Assembly (NCBI GenBank): GCA_016192455.1 | Contig: JACPUC010000011.1 | Span: 1-64,000 of the forward strand | Direction of reading: 5' to 3' | DNA length: 64,000 bases | Source: Candidatus Tectimicrobiota bacterium | GTDB taxonomy: Bacteria; JACPUC01 | In this document: positions 30,371 through 40,746 of the stretch, piece after piece | Layout of the letters: every line of letters starts with the position of its first letter | How positions within the stretch are numbered: position 1 is the first letter of the stretch | Notes under the pieces: model-generated | What the model was told of the DNA's origin: nothing | Database searches by the model: none | The model's input: only the letters and a program-made list of their open reading frames with translations | Position numbers and translations under genes: made by a program

Positions 30371-31168
30371 ATGGATTTCAAGCACCACCTGCGCGGCGAG
30401 ACGAAGTTCACCGGCCTCCTCGTCATCCTCTTTTTCTTTGCCCTTTGGGAGTTCCTCTCCCGCCAGGGGATCATCTACACGGCGTACTTCCCGCCCGTGA
30501 CGACCATCGTCGAAGCCTTCGTGCGCGAGACCTTCCTGGGGGACCGGGAGCTCGTCACGCACGTGGGGTTCACGCTCTACCGCGCCTTCGCCGGCTACCT
30601 CTTCGGCATCCTCATCGGCACCTCCCTGGGAACCGTTACGGGCATCTGGCGCAGCCTCTACCAGACGCTCGAGCCGACCATCGAAATCCTCCGCCCCATG
30701 CCGTCAGTGGCCATCATCCCGATCGCCATCCTCTTCATGGGCATGGGGAGCCGCCTCAACATTTTCATCATCGCCTGGGCCGCCACCTGGCCGATCTTCG
30801 TCAACACCCTGGACGGCGTGCGCGGCGTCGACCTCACCCTGGTCAACACGGCGCGCACCTTCCAGCTTCCCCGCCGCGCGATCATCCGCAAGGTGATGAT
30901 CCCCTCGGCGCTTCCCTACATCATCAGCGGCTATCGCATCAGCCTGGGCACGGCCCTGGTGGTCGTGGTGGTGACCGAGATGGTGGTCAGCGGTAGCGGC
31001 CTCGGCTTCTACATCATGAACACGTCGCAATCGTTCCGCATCCCGGAGATGTTCGCGGGCATGCTCATGATCGCCATTGTCGGCTACCTCCTCAACACCC
31101 TCTTCGTGCGCCTGGACAACCACTTCATGGCCTGGCACAAGCGCCTGACAAAGAAGGAAGCGGTCTAA
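30371..31168 (+). CDS. NitT/TauT ABC permease
   Basis: RPMPSVAIIP; EAA-like loop NTARTF; VTEM. Confidence 0.9.
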   Translation: MDFKHHLRGETKFTGLLVILFFFALWEFLSRQGIIYTAYFPPVTTIVEAFVRETFLGDRELVTHVGFTLYRAFAGYLFGILIGTSLGTVTGIWRSLYQTLEPTIEILRPMPSVAIIPIAILFMGMGSRLNIFIIAWAATWPIFVNTLDGVRGVDLTLVNTARTFQLPRRAIIRKVMIPSALPYIISGYRISLGTALVVVVVTEMVVSGSGLGFYIMNTSQSFRIPEMFAGMLMIAIVGYLLNTLFVRLDNHFMAWHKRLTKKEAV

Positions 31169-31169
31169 G

Positions 31170-31970
31170 GTGGAGACGACGCGGGGGCAGACCAAATCAC
31201 GCGGCCTGCGCGGCTGGAAGGGAGCAATCTTCCTCCTCTGCCTGATCGGCCTGTGGGAGATGGTGGCGCGCCTGCACCTCGTGTCGGCGCTCTACTTCCC
31301 GCCGATGTCGAAGAACATGGGGGTCTTCTACCGGCTCACAGTCGACGGCACGCTGCCGCTGCAGGTGCTGTTGAGCTTCGGTCGCATGTTCGGCGGCTAC
31401 TTCCTGGCCATCGCCCTGATGGTGCCCCTGGGGCTCGCCATGGGGCTCTTCCGCTTCTGCTTCAATACGTTCGAGCCGCTGGTGGAATCGTTTCGGCCCC
31501 TCTGCCCGCCGGCGATCATCCCGGTGGTGATGCTCTTCCTGGGCATCGGCGACAGCATGAAGATGTTCGTCGTCTTCTATGCCTGCTCCTTCCCGATCCT
31601 GCTGAACACCATCGATGGCGTGCGCAACGTGGACGTGGTGCTGGTGAACACGGCCCGCACTTTCGGCCTGTCGCGCCTCGCCATCATCCGCAAGGTCGTC
31701 CTGCCGGCGGCCTCGCCGCAAATCATGAGCGGCCTGCGCATCAGCCTGCCCATCTCCCTCATCGTCGTCATCGTTTCGGAGATGATCGGCAGCACCAACG
31801 GCATCGGCCATTTCATCCTGCTCAACCAGCGCACCTTCAACGTGCCGGAGACCTACGCCGGGGTCATCATGGTCGCCATGGTCGGCTACCTGCTGAATCG
31901 CTTGTTCCTCGGCTTTGATCGCCGCTTCATGCACTGGCACCGCGGCTGGTCGGCCGAGCAGGCGGGCTGA
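31170..31970 (+). CDS. NitT/TauT ABC permease
   Basis: Paralog of the preceding permease; PAASPQIMSGLR. Confidence 0.9.
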   Translation: METTRGQTKSRGLRGWKGAIFLLCLIGLWEMVARLHLVSALYFPPMSKNMGVFYRLTVDGTLPLQVLLSFGRMFGGYFLAIALMVPLGLAMGLFRFCFNTFEPLVESFRPLCPPAIIPVVMLFLGIGDSMKMFVVFYACSFPILLNTIDGVRNVDVVLVNTARTFGLSRLAIIRKVVLPAASPQIMSGLRISLPISLIVVIVSEMIGSTNGIGHFILLNQRTFNVPETYAGVIMVAMVGYLLNRLFLGFDRRFMHWHRGWSAEQAG

Positions 31971-32224
31971 AAGGCTGGTCAGACGTCTCGTCCATCCCCC
32001 CCATCTCCGGGCAAAGCGCGCCGCCTCCCCAGCCCCGTTCCCCACACCTCATCTGGGCCCTCCAGCCAGCGGCGCAGGTTCTTGGCCGGCTCGGTTGCAA
32101 GGGCAAGGGGCGTGAGAGATCGGGGCTGCCCAGCAAAGCGTGCGGCGTCGAAACCGTGCCAGGCGCTGCGCTTCGCAGGGCACCGCAAACAGGAGGGAGG
32201 TGGAGAAGTTCAGGGGAGCCACGC

Positions 32225-33031
32225 TCAGGCAATCGACTGGGACGTCCGCTGCTGGCTGATCTGCTGGCGAATCTGTTCGTAGACGTGGTGGCGGTAGGCG
32301 ATGAAGGTGGCGTCCTCGCGGGTCTTCAGTTGATCGCGGGGACGCGGCAGGTCGACGACGACCTCGTCGAGAATCTCGGAGGGGCGCTGACTGAGCACAA
32401 ATACCCGATCAGCAAGGTAGATGGACTCTTCGATGTCATGGGTGACGAAGAGGATGGTCTGCGAGAACTCCTGCCACACGGCGAGGAGGACGTCTTCGAG
32501 GTCGGCGCGGGTTTGCGCGTCCACCGAGGCGAACGGCTCGTCCATGAGCATGATCTCGGGGCCGTAGGCAATGGCGCGGGCGATCGCCACGCGCTGCTGC
32601 ATGCCGCCGGAGAGCTCCCACGGATAGTGGTGCTCGAAGCCGTTCAGCCCCACGCTCTCGAGGGCGCGCTGGGCGCGCTCCAGGCGCTGCCGCTGGTTGA
32701 GCTCGGACTTCTGCTCCAGGCCGAAGAGGGTGTTCTTCAGCACGTTGCGCCACGGGAAGAGAGAGCGGCTGTAGTCCTGGAAGACGAGGACCAGCTCCGG
32801 CGGCGGGGCGGTCACCGGCTGATCGTTCAGCCGCACCTCGCCGCTGGAGTACGGCGCCAGCCCGGCGATGCTCATCAGGAGCGTCGTCTTGCCGCACCCC
32901 GACGGCCCCACCACCGAGACGAACTGACCCCGCTCGACCGAGAAATTGATGTCCCCGATGGCAATCACTTCATTCGGCAGCCCCGGGTTGTAGACCTTGC
33001 GCAGGTTGCGGGCTTCGAGAACTCGGTCCAT
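32225..33031 (-). CDS. NitT/TauT ABC ATP-binding protein
   Basis: [25 protein letters not shown]. Confidence 0.92.
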   Translation of the reverse strand: MDRVLEARNLRKVYNPGLPNEVIAIGDINFSVERGQFVSVVGPSGCGKTTLLMSIAGLAPYSSGEVRLNDQPVTAPPPELVLVFQDYSRSLFPWRNVLKNTLFGLEQKSELNQRQRLERAQRALESVGLNGFEHHYPWELSGGMQQRVAIARAIAYGPEIMLMDEPFASVDAQTRADLEDVLLAVWQEFSQTILFVTHDIEESIYLADRVFVLSQRPSEILDEVVVDLPRPRDQLKTREDATFIAYRHHVYEQIRQQISQQRTSQSIA

Positions 33032-33568
33032 GCGTCCATCCCCGTGGCCTTGGGTGCTGAATTCTTACCTCAGGCACGCCGCAGCCGAACTCGAAACCGC
33101 CAACGCCTGTCCAATCGAGGAGGAACAAGGAGGTGGCGGCGCCGACGCTGGCGCGGTGCTTTCCCCCCTGCGCCGCGCCGGTGGGCCGGCCCGCTTCGTA
33201 TCGTACAGGACACTCGACTCGTGTCAAGGCGATTCCCGGACGGCGAGGCGCATCCCACCGCGACGCGGCAACTTTTCAGGCGGCGGACTGCCGGTTGCGC
33301 GAGGGCTCGAGGCGGCGTTCGGAGTGGCTGGGCGTGTTCCAGGGAGCATCGAGGTACGCTTTCCGGCCCCCCTGGGAAGCGGCTGATGGTCCGCCGCATG
33401 GACTTCGCGCAGGCAGGAAGGACTGGAGAAGTCCCGGGCCGGGACATACAATTCCATTGACCCTCGGCAAATCCAGGCAGTAGAGTGAAGTTCTCTTTAA
33501 CTTCAAGGTTCCCCAAAAGGCGAGGTCTCTTGGGCAGGGCTCCCCTGCTGGGTAGGAGAGTTGAAAAC

Positions 33569-34645
33569 ATGCGTGGCTTCCGGCAATGGCTCCCAGTGGG
33601 GCGGCTCTCCCTGCTGGCGGTGTGCTTCATCCTAGGCGGGGCTCTCGGCTGGGTCGGCGGCGCTGACGCGGCCACGGTCTATGTGAAGACAGAGAGCGCG
33701 AAGATTTACTCCACGGCGGGCAAGCAGTCGTTCGCCATCCGGGTGGTGGAGCGCGCCCAGCGAGGCGCACCTCTCAGCGTGCTCTCCGAGAGCCGAGTTG
33801 GAGGCGCGCTCTGGCTGCAGGTTCGCACCGCGACCGGACAGACGGGCTGGATTGAGGCCTCCGAGACGAGCGAGGGGTCGCAGGCGCTGCGGGGCGGCGG
33901 CCAGGCGGCAAGCTCCGAGGCGGCCCCTGGAGCCGCCGGGGCGGCGCCCTCGGCAGCCACAGGTGGCGAGAAGCGGGCGGCGGGGCGCGGCGATGGCGGC
34001 GCGACCACCTCAGACGATGCCTCCCCGGCGCCCGGCGGCGGAGGCGCCCTCGTGACACCGACCGCTGGGGCGGCTCAGCCCGGCCGGCCTGGATCGGCGC
34101 TTCCCGGCGAACTGCAGGCCTCGTCCGGAAGCCAGGGCAAACCGTCGGCCGACGCGTCGTATGGCCCGCCGCCGCCCGCCAGCCTGCCGGCGTCGCTGCG
34201 CTCGCGGGTCGATCAGCTCTATGCCTCCAAGCAGAGTGAGTCGCTCGATGTCGAGGGCATCTCGATCGAGTCGCAGGACCCCAAGTACAAAGACTACTTC
34301 GCGTCCCTCCTGAAGCTCATCGGCGGCAAGTTCACCTACCCCATGGAAGCCTTCCAGGCGCGCATCGAAGGCCGCGTCTACCTGAAGTTCGTGCTGAAGA
34401 AAGATGGCGTGCTGCGGGGGGTACAGGTCGTCACCACTTCCGGGTTCGACGTCCTGGATCACGCCGCCATCAAGGCTATTGACAACGCCGCGCCCTTCCC
34501 GCCCTTCCCGCCATCGGTGCAAAGCGAGGAGCTGGGTGTCCTCATCGACTTCCTCTATGCGCCGGTCTACCCCGAGGGTGGTCCGAAAGTCCAGTACGGG
34601 GGCGAGGATCTGATTGACGAAGCGCGCGGTTATAAGAAGCGCTAG
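33569..34645 (+). CDS. Exported SH3-like plus TonB C-terminal domain protein
   Basis: Signal/TM; WLQVRT..GQTGWI (SH3b-like); Ala/Gly/Pro linker; YP..A....IEGRV...SGFDVLD.AA..APFPPFP. Confidence 0.8.
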   Translation: MRGFRQWLPVGRLSLLAVCFILGGALGWVGGADAATVYVKTESAKIYSTAGKQSFAIRVVERAQRGAPLSVLSESRVGGALWLQVRTATGQTGWIEASETSEGSQALRGGGQAASSEAAPGAAGAAPSAATGGEKRAAGRGDGGATTSDDASPAPGGGGALVTPTAGAAQPGRPGSALPGELQASSGSQGKPSADASYGPPPPASLPASLRSRVDQLYASKQSESLDVEGISIESQDPKYKDYFASLLKLIGGKFTYPMEAFQARIEGRVYLKFVLKKDGVLRGVQVVTTSGFDVLDHAAIKAIDNAAPFPPFPPSVQSEELGVLIDFLYAPVYPEGGPKVQYGGEDLIDEARGYKKR

Positions 34646-34874
34646 GCGGTCCTCCTTCCATCAAGGCAGAAGGCGCAGGCGGGCTGCCGGGGAGCGACCC
34701 CAAGGGGGCGACCGCGGCCGGGCAGCGCGCCTGTTCCTTGGCGCACGCTGGGGCCGCGGATGAAACGGGCCCGCAGGCATCCCGCCTGCGGGCCCGCGCG
34801 TGGCCGGGGAATCGCATCGGTTTCGGCGGCGCGCGCCTCCCCTTTTCCCTTGCCGCGCCGCGGGGCGCTCCCCG

Positions 34875-35717
34875 CTACCAGCGGCGCGGTTTCCCCTTTT
34901 TCAAGGTGCGCCGCTCCCGCCGCGTCAAGCTGCCCATCCCGTGCCGCGAAATCTTGTCGAGAATGGGGTCGATCTCCTTGCGGATGAACTCGTCCCGGCT
35001 CAGCTCCTCCTCGACCTGGTGACGGAGGAGCATCTCCCGTTTGCGGAGTTTGTAGTGGTGGTAGCGCCGCTCCATGTGCCGCTCGTAGCGCAGGAACACG
35101 AAGCCGAAGAGCAAGCCGCCCAGGTGGGCGAAATGGCTGACCCCGCCGCCGCGCGCCGGCACCGCCAGGTAGAGCTCCAGTAACCCGAAGAGCACCACGA
35201 AGTGCTTGGCCTTCATCGGGAAGAGGAAGAAGACCAGCACCTCACGGTTCGGGAAGAGCATGCCGAAGGCGAGGAGAATTCCGAAGACGGCGCCGGAGGC
35301 GCCGATCGTGGGCGCGTAGAACCCACTTACGGCCCAGCCGAGGAGCTCGGCGGATAGGCTGGTCAAGACGATGGTCAGCCCTGCGCCGATGCCGCAGAAG
35401 AAGTAGTAGAGCAGGAACTTGCGCTCGCCCACCTGACGCTCAACGTCGCTGCCGAACATCCACAGGGCCAGCATATTGAACAGGATGTGAAAGACGTCGG
35501 CATGGAAGAACAGGTACGTGCCAAGCTGCCAGATCATGCCCTGGCCGATGAGGCGCGCCGGCGTCAAGCCAAAGTAGGACCAAAAACCTCCCGGCGACAT
35601 GCCGCCGATCTCGAGGAGCCACTGCAGGATGAAAATGCTGGTGTTGACGGTAATGAGCAGCTTCACCGCATTGGTCAGCGGGCCGCCGAAGCGCAAGGTC
35701 GACCCTTCCCTGAGCAT
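34875..35717 (-). CDS. Rhomboid-family intramembrane serine protease
   Basis: HILFNM, GASG, AHLGG; C-terminal ILDKIS..G..SLT. Confidence 0.92.
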   Translation of the reverse strand: MLREGSTLRFGGPLTNAVKLLITVNTSIFILQWLLEIGGMSPGGFWSYFGLTPARLIGQGMIWQLGTYLFFHADVFHILFNMLALWMFGSDVERQVGERKFLLYYFFCGIGAGLTIVLTSLSAELLGWAVSGFYAPTIGASGAVFGILLAFGMLFPNREVLVFFLFPMKAKHFVVLFGLLELYLAVPARGGGVSHFAHLGGLLFGFVFLRYERHMERRYHHYKLRKREMLLRHQVEEELSRDEFIRKEIDPILDKISRHGMGSLTRRERRTLKKGKPRRW

Positions 35718-36078
35718 AAGCTCTCCCCACCCTGGATGCAATCCCCACCTTCCGGCGCTGGTCGAGGCCGAAGTGGCCCACGGGCTCGGACGTGGCGCCG
35801 GCGCAAGCCGCTGCAGCAAGGCCCTTGCGGCGCTCCTCCGGCAGGCCAGTCCTGGGCCCCGCTGCTGCGTAGTGCGCGCCCGCGGGAGAGGAGGGAGAGC
35901 CTTTGGGGAGCAGGCCTGAAGTGCCATGCCCGGTGCGCGGCTGCGGTGAACGGCTGGGGCGAGGCGCGGGGAAGGATGCCCGGCCGGACGCGAAGCGGGG
36001 CGGCGCGGCGCCGCCCGCGAGACTTGACGATCAGCCTGCCGATCGAGCACGGCGATCGCGCCGATTGCCGCTGGCTCG

Positions 36079-36279
36079 CCAGTGTGCTGTTTCACAAATT
36101 GTATCGCAAGAATTTGCGCGGGCGCCTCGCCCCTCGCGCACCCCAACTACGCGAGCTGCGTAGCAGCTCGCGGGGAGTGCGGGTGTGGGGGAGCAAGCGT
36201 CCCCCACAAAAAATTCCCCCCGCAGATGGCACGAAGAAGGCGTCGAATTTAGGATGGAACTTGTGAGACGTAACACTAG
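36079..36279 (-). mobile_element. Family A MITE-like element
   Basis: TIRs AGTGTTACGTCTCACAAGTT / AGTGTGCTGTTTCACAAATT (15/20); CTAG end is the HD-GYP stop. Confidence 0.75.
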
Positions 36280-37304
36280 CCGGACAAGTCGCCGTGCAGC
36301 ATGAGGATCATGCGCCGGAAGACCTCGTCCTCGAAGTGGCCGGCCATCTGATTGCGCATGAGCTGCAAGGCCGGATAGGGCGCCATGGCGTCCCGATAGC
36401 AGCGTTTCGTCGTCAGTGCGTCGTAGACGTCGGAGACCGCGGCGATCTTGGCGTAGTCGGCGATCTCGGCACGGAGGAGTCCGCAGGGGTAGCCGCTGCC
36501 GTCACACTTCTCATGGTGTTGGAAGATGACCTGCTGCGAGGTCTCGACGATGGAAGGCTTGTCCTTCACCATCTCAAGGCCGAAGAGCGGATGTTGCTTC
36601 ATGACGGCCCACTCCTCATCGCTGAGGGGGCCTGGTTTATTCAGGATGCACTCGGAGATCTGGCTCTTGCCGATGTCGTGCAGGAGCGCGCCCAGCCCGA
36701 TGTCGTGGAGCTGCTGCTTCTCGCTGACCCCCAGGGCGCGGGCGAGGGCGATGGAGAAGGTGGCGACATTCACCGAGTGCGTGTAGGTGTAGTAGTCATA
36801 GGAGAGGAGTTTCAGGACCGAGAAGAGCGCCATCCTGTCCGAAAGCAGGTACTCCACCATGTTCGCCACGAGATCGTGGGACTTCTCGATGTTATTCCCC
36901 GAGCGTGGATCTTCGAGAATCTTGTACACTCGGAACTTGGCCGCGTCGTAGACGATCTTGGAGCGTTGCTCGAACGGAATCGTCTGATCACGGGCCAGCA
37001 TCCCCAGGTTGCGCTCGACGAACTCGCAGTACGTGTCGCGGTCTTCCTGAAGGATATAAACGGTGCTGACGTTATTCTTCAGCAGGCGCTCGCAGTCCTT
37101 CCTGGTGAAGGGGGTTTGCCAGTCCCGGTAGCGGACGAAGCGATGGTTCGAGTACTGCAGGTAGATGTCGAAGTCGGTCTGGCCGTAGAGGTGGAGGTCT
37201 TTCAGCGGCAGGGGGACGTAGATGCGGCCGTCGCGTTCATCGGTGCAGGCCCGGTCCGCTTGCACACCAGGAAATTGCACGGGCTGGAGAGTTGCCTGCT
37301 GCAT
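36276..37304 (-). CDS. HD-GYP domain c-di-GMP phosphodiesterase
   Basis: HSVNV, LHDIGK, HHEKCDGSGYP, DVYDALT. Confidence 0.92.
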   Translation of the reverse strand: MQQATLQPVQFPGVQADRACTDERDGRIYVPLPLKDLHLYGQTDFDIYLQYSNHRFVRYRDWQTPFTRKDCERLLKNNVSTVYILQEDRDTYCEFVERNLGMLARDQTIPFEQRSKIVYDAAKFRVYKILEDPRSGNNIEKSHDLVANMVEYLLSDRMALFSVLKLLSYDYYTYTHSVNVATFSIALARALGVSEKQQLHDIGLGALLHDIGKSQISECILNKPGPLSDEEWAVMKQHPLFGLEMVKDKPSIVETSQQVIFQHHEKCDGSGYPCGLLRAEIADYAKIAAVSDVYDALTTKRCYRDAMAPYPALQLMRNQMAGHFEDEVFRRMILMLHGDLSG

Positions 37305-37729
37305 GCCGCAAACCCGCCTCTCCGTTCGGCCTTCGCCGCACACCTGGGGAGGTCACCCGGCGAGGGATCGGTAGAGGAAGAGGTGTCCGTCACTCTCTGG
37401 CGCCTTGCATGCTGTCCCGCATCGGCGCGTCGCTGCCCACGTGAGCGGGGCAAGGAGATGTTGGGCGGTGACCTGCTGGGAGGGGCCGGCTGGTTCACCG
37501 GGCGCCTGCTCGCAAGCCTGGCCTCGTGAGCCAAGAGCCGTCCGTCACCACCTCGTGGTGGGATCTCTCCCTTTCCCTAGCACCCCGTGATCGTCGCGCG
37601 GTGATCATCAGGGCAATCCACTGGGACCTCCTCAATCCAGGCTGCTCGGGCCACACCTGGGCCACGATGGCGCCACCTGTGGGGGGACGTTCGAGCACGA
37701 GGCTGTCTCCAACGTTCTGCCCGTTCTTT

Positions 37730-37756
37730 GTATCGGCATTTTGGGCGAAAGCTTGA
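37730..37756 (-). promoter_or_regulatory. Putative sigma-28 (FliA-type) promoter
   Basis: TCAAGCTT-N11-GCCGATAC versus consensus TAAAGTTT-N11-GCCGATAA; points toward the HD-GYP gene. Confidence 0.7.
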
Positions 37757-38110
37757 TAACGGGCCTGGAATTGGAGAGGGGGTGCGGTCAAGGCGCGACA
37801 TGGCGCCGGGAGCGGGACGCGCTGGGCGCCGCTGCAGGCGCGGCGAAGCCGGGGGGCGTCAGCTCGGCCCCGCAGCCGCGCCCTGCTCCGCCACCACCCT
37901 TGCCTCCGGTGCGGCTGGGCGACGCGGACGAGATGAGTGTGTGACATAGTAGTACGAGGACAGAGCGATTTGTTCTCTTGCCGGCAACATTCTCCGCTTT
38001 GCGCGGTTGCCGCCAAACGGGTGCGGCCTCGGCATATCAGCAGGAAAGACCAACCTCGGCGATGCCGCGCCGCCACCCGTCGCTTTCCGTTCCAGGCGTT
38101 TCACCCCCTC

Positions 38111-38581
38111 TCACGGCGCGCGGGCGATCCACGTCTCCTCGAAGGGCGCCTTCGCCGCCCGCAGCATCAGGTTGATGGGGCAGTGCCGGCGCACCACGGC
38201 GGCCAGCTCCTCCACTTTCTCCTGCGGCTGCTCGGTGGTGATGGTGACGCGCAGCGTCACCTGCTGGAACCCCGGGTAGCTCTCCTCGATCCCCCCCAGG
38301 GCGCGGGGGTTCAACACTCCGTCCGCCTCGGCCTCCCAGGCGCTGTACTTGAGTCCCACCCTGCGGGCGTGAATGCGCGACATCACCGAGGTGCAGCTCA
38401 CCAGGGCCCCGAGGAAGTAGTCCATCGGCGCCGGCGCCTTGTCGGTGCCGCCCCGGTTGCGCTTCTCGTCGGTGCGGAACGGCGGGTAGTCTTCGGCGTA
38501 GACGAGGTTCTCAACACGGTCAACCCACACAGCCTTGACGTGCATGGTGAGGGCGCCGGGAATTGGTTCGATGCCGGGCAT
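38111..38581 (-). CDS. OsmC-family protein (Cys form)
   Basis: DE..GGTDKAPAPMDYFLGALVSC..RHCP. Confidence 0.88.
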   Translation of the reverse strand: MPGIEPIPGALTMHVKAVWVDRVENLVYAEDYPPFRTDEKRNRGGTDKAPAPMDYFLGALVSCTSVMSRIHARRVGLKYSAWEAEADGVLNPRALGGIEESYPGFQQVTLRVTITTEQPQEKVEELAAVVRRHCPINLMLRAAKAPFEETWIARAP

Positions 38582-38854
38582 AGGGTTTCCTCCCATCCAA
38601 CTCCAGCTTCAGGGCGCGGAGAGGCGCCGCTGTTCCAGACCCGACGAGGCGGCGCGCGGCGGCAACGGCAGGAGCAACGAGAGGTGCGCGCCCGAGCCGC
38701 GCCGTGAGCGAGCGCGCTCGTCATCCCTGGCGGCCGCGGGCAGGGGCCACCTGACCAGGACCTGCCGCGGCGCGGCTATCCTACACCGTTTCGTGCCTCG
38801 GGTCATGCCGGTTCGCGCCGTCGCGGCAGGCTGCTCGGCCGCCGGGTGGGCTGG

Positions 38855-39598
38855 CTACACCGCTGTCAGGTTGGTCAGGAAGGGGAAAGCCTGGAGGAGG
38901 TAGCTGGAGAGGATTGTCATGTAGTTGGTCACCATGAGGACGCCGATGAAGATGAGGAAGACGCCGCTGGCCGCTGAGACGAGCGGCATGTAGCGCCTGA
39001 TGCGGCTGAAGGAGGCGAAGGCCTTCTGCGTCACCACCGCTGAAGCGATGAAGGGGATGGCCAGGCCCAGGGAGTAGGCCCCCAGCAGCATGACGCCGGT
39101 GGTGAGCTTCTCCTGGGTGCCGGCGAGAAAGAGGATGGTTCCCAGCACCGGCCCGATGCAGGGCGTCCAGCCGGCGCCGAAGGCGGCGCCCACGGCGGTG
39201 GAGCCGATGTAGCCCGAGGGCTTGTTGTGGAAGTGGAAGCGCTTCTCGCCCATGAGGAACTTCAGCTTCAGCACGCCGGAGATGTAGAGGCCGAAGGCAA
39301 TGACGATAATTCCGGCGCCGAGCGTCAAGGCGCGCTGGTAGGCCAGGAGGAGCTGTCCGAGGAACGTCGCCGTGGCGCCGAAGGCGACGAAGATGAGCGA
39401 GAAGCCGAGGACGAAGGCGAGGGTATGCTGCAGGGCGAGCCGCATGTGGGTGCGCGTGGCGCCCTTCATCAGCTCCTCGTGCGACATGCCGGTGATGAAC
39501 GACAGGTACGAGGGAACCAGCGGCAACACGCAGGGTGAGATGAACGAGATGAAGCCGGCGGCGAAGGCCAGAAAGATAGAGACTTCGGGTGCAGCCAT
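38855..39598 (-). CDS. ccdA: Cytochrome c biogenesis / thiol-disulfide transporter CcdA
   Basis: SPCVLPLVP and WTPCIGP. Confidence 0.92.
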   Translation of the reverse strand: MAAPEVSIFLAFAAGFISFISPCVLPLVPSYLSFITGMSHEELMKGATRTHMRLALQHTLAFVLGFSLIFVAFGATATFLGQLLLAYQRALTLGAGIIVIAFGLYISGVLKLKFLMGEKRFHFHNKPSGYIGSTAVGAAFGAGWTPCIGPVLGTILFLAGTQEKLTTGVMLLGAYSLGLAIPFIASAVVTQKAFASFSRIRRYMPLVSAASGVFLIFIGVLMVTNYMTILSSYLLQAFPFLTNLTAV

Positions 39599-39689
39599 AT
39601 GCGCGTCTGCCTTTAGATTGCTCTCAGCTCACCTCTCTCGAGAGCTGAGCATCGAGGGGAACTTCACTTTCGCTCTTTCCCTGGTCATG

Positions 39690-39775
39690 AACCACGGATG
39701 AACGATGAACCACAGATGAACACAGATAAACACAGATGATCCCTCTCCCCCTGGGAGAGGGTCAGGGTGAGGGGC
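39690..39775. repeat. Short tandem (C)ACAGATGAA units plus CCCTCTCCC..GGGAGAGGG REP-like hairpin
   Basis: Directly visible. Confidence 0.6.
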
Positions 39776-40269
39776 TAAAGGCTATCCCTGTTCATCAGTG
39801 GTTCTTACCAGTGTTCACTCTCAGGTTTCTTGCTGCCTCGTCGAGCCGACTCCGGCGGGGCGCGTTGGCACTCCCCCTTTGGCGCCGCGTCCGCGGGGCG
39901 GCTTCCGCCCCTGGCGGTTACCAGCCTGCTTGGCTCGGCGCGGCGGATTTCCCCGCCCCAGGCGGAAGGGGGTCGCCTCCGTTTCACTGCCTGGTAACGC
40001 CCGCGCGGGCTTCTTTATTCCATACCTGGTGGAGAGTGGCGCTTGAGCCGCGCCGGCCGGCTTCCGGCAGCGCGCCGAGGCGTCATGGCGCCGTCGGCCC
40101 GCGCTGCAGGAGGCCGTTCCGAAACCTTCCCTACAATCTGCGTCCTAAGCCGCCGCCAGGCAATACCCTGAACGACCTATTGCATCAAGAACGGCGGTTG
40201 GCCCGCGGCGAATACCTCCCACGCAGGGGGCAGGGGCGCTTCGGCAGCCTCGCCGTCGATTTCGCGCTG

Positions 40270-40606
40270 CCTCGAAAATAAGCGTCTACGTGGTTGATTT
40301 GATGACGTGACGGTGAGGCTGACGTTCGTGCGCCCGGTGTCCTTCACCTCTGCGCTCTTTGCGTCTCTACGGTTCAATGGAGTGCACCGCGGAGACGCAG
40401 AGGACGCGGAGAAGGGAGGGGAAGGACCCAGCGCTCGACACGGATGCACACTGACATCCGCCTCCGTCCACGGTTCCTTGCATGCCGATGGTAGGGGCGA
40501 TTCGCGAACCGCCCCTACGGTCGATGGCATGGAAGCCTGCTGAGAAAGAAGTGTCCGCTTCTTTTCATGACCTTGCCGGCGGGCCGCAAACCCATTGGGA
40601 ACTGCT
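40270..40606 (+). repeat. Family B repeat, longest copy
   Basis: Shares blocks with 6170-6412, 19928-20156 and 42428-42625. Confidence 0.8.
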
Positions 40607-40746
40607 TGGTCAACCGGCATGTGGCGGCCGGCTCGGCGGCGCCCAACCAGCGGCACGAGCGCCCCTCGCGGCTCGGCGCGCCGGACGCCCGCCGGCGGCC
40701 CGAGGCGGCATCGAGCTGCTGAGGCGCGGCGCTGCCCGGCTGGGCG

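Noticed and set aside
37550-37702. 6S RNA
   Set aside because: Ends pair, but I could not see the canonical rod with central bubble, and the usual zapA/ygfA context is absent; kept only as an unknown structured leader
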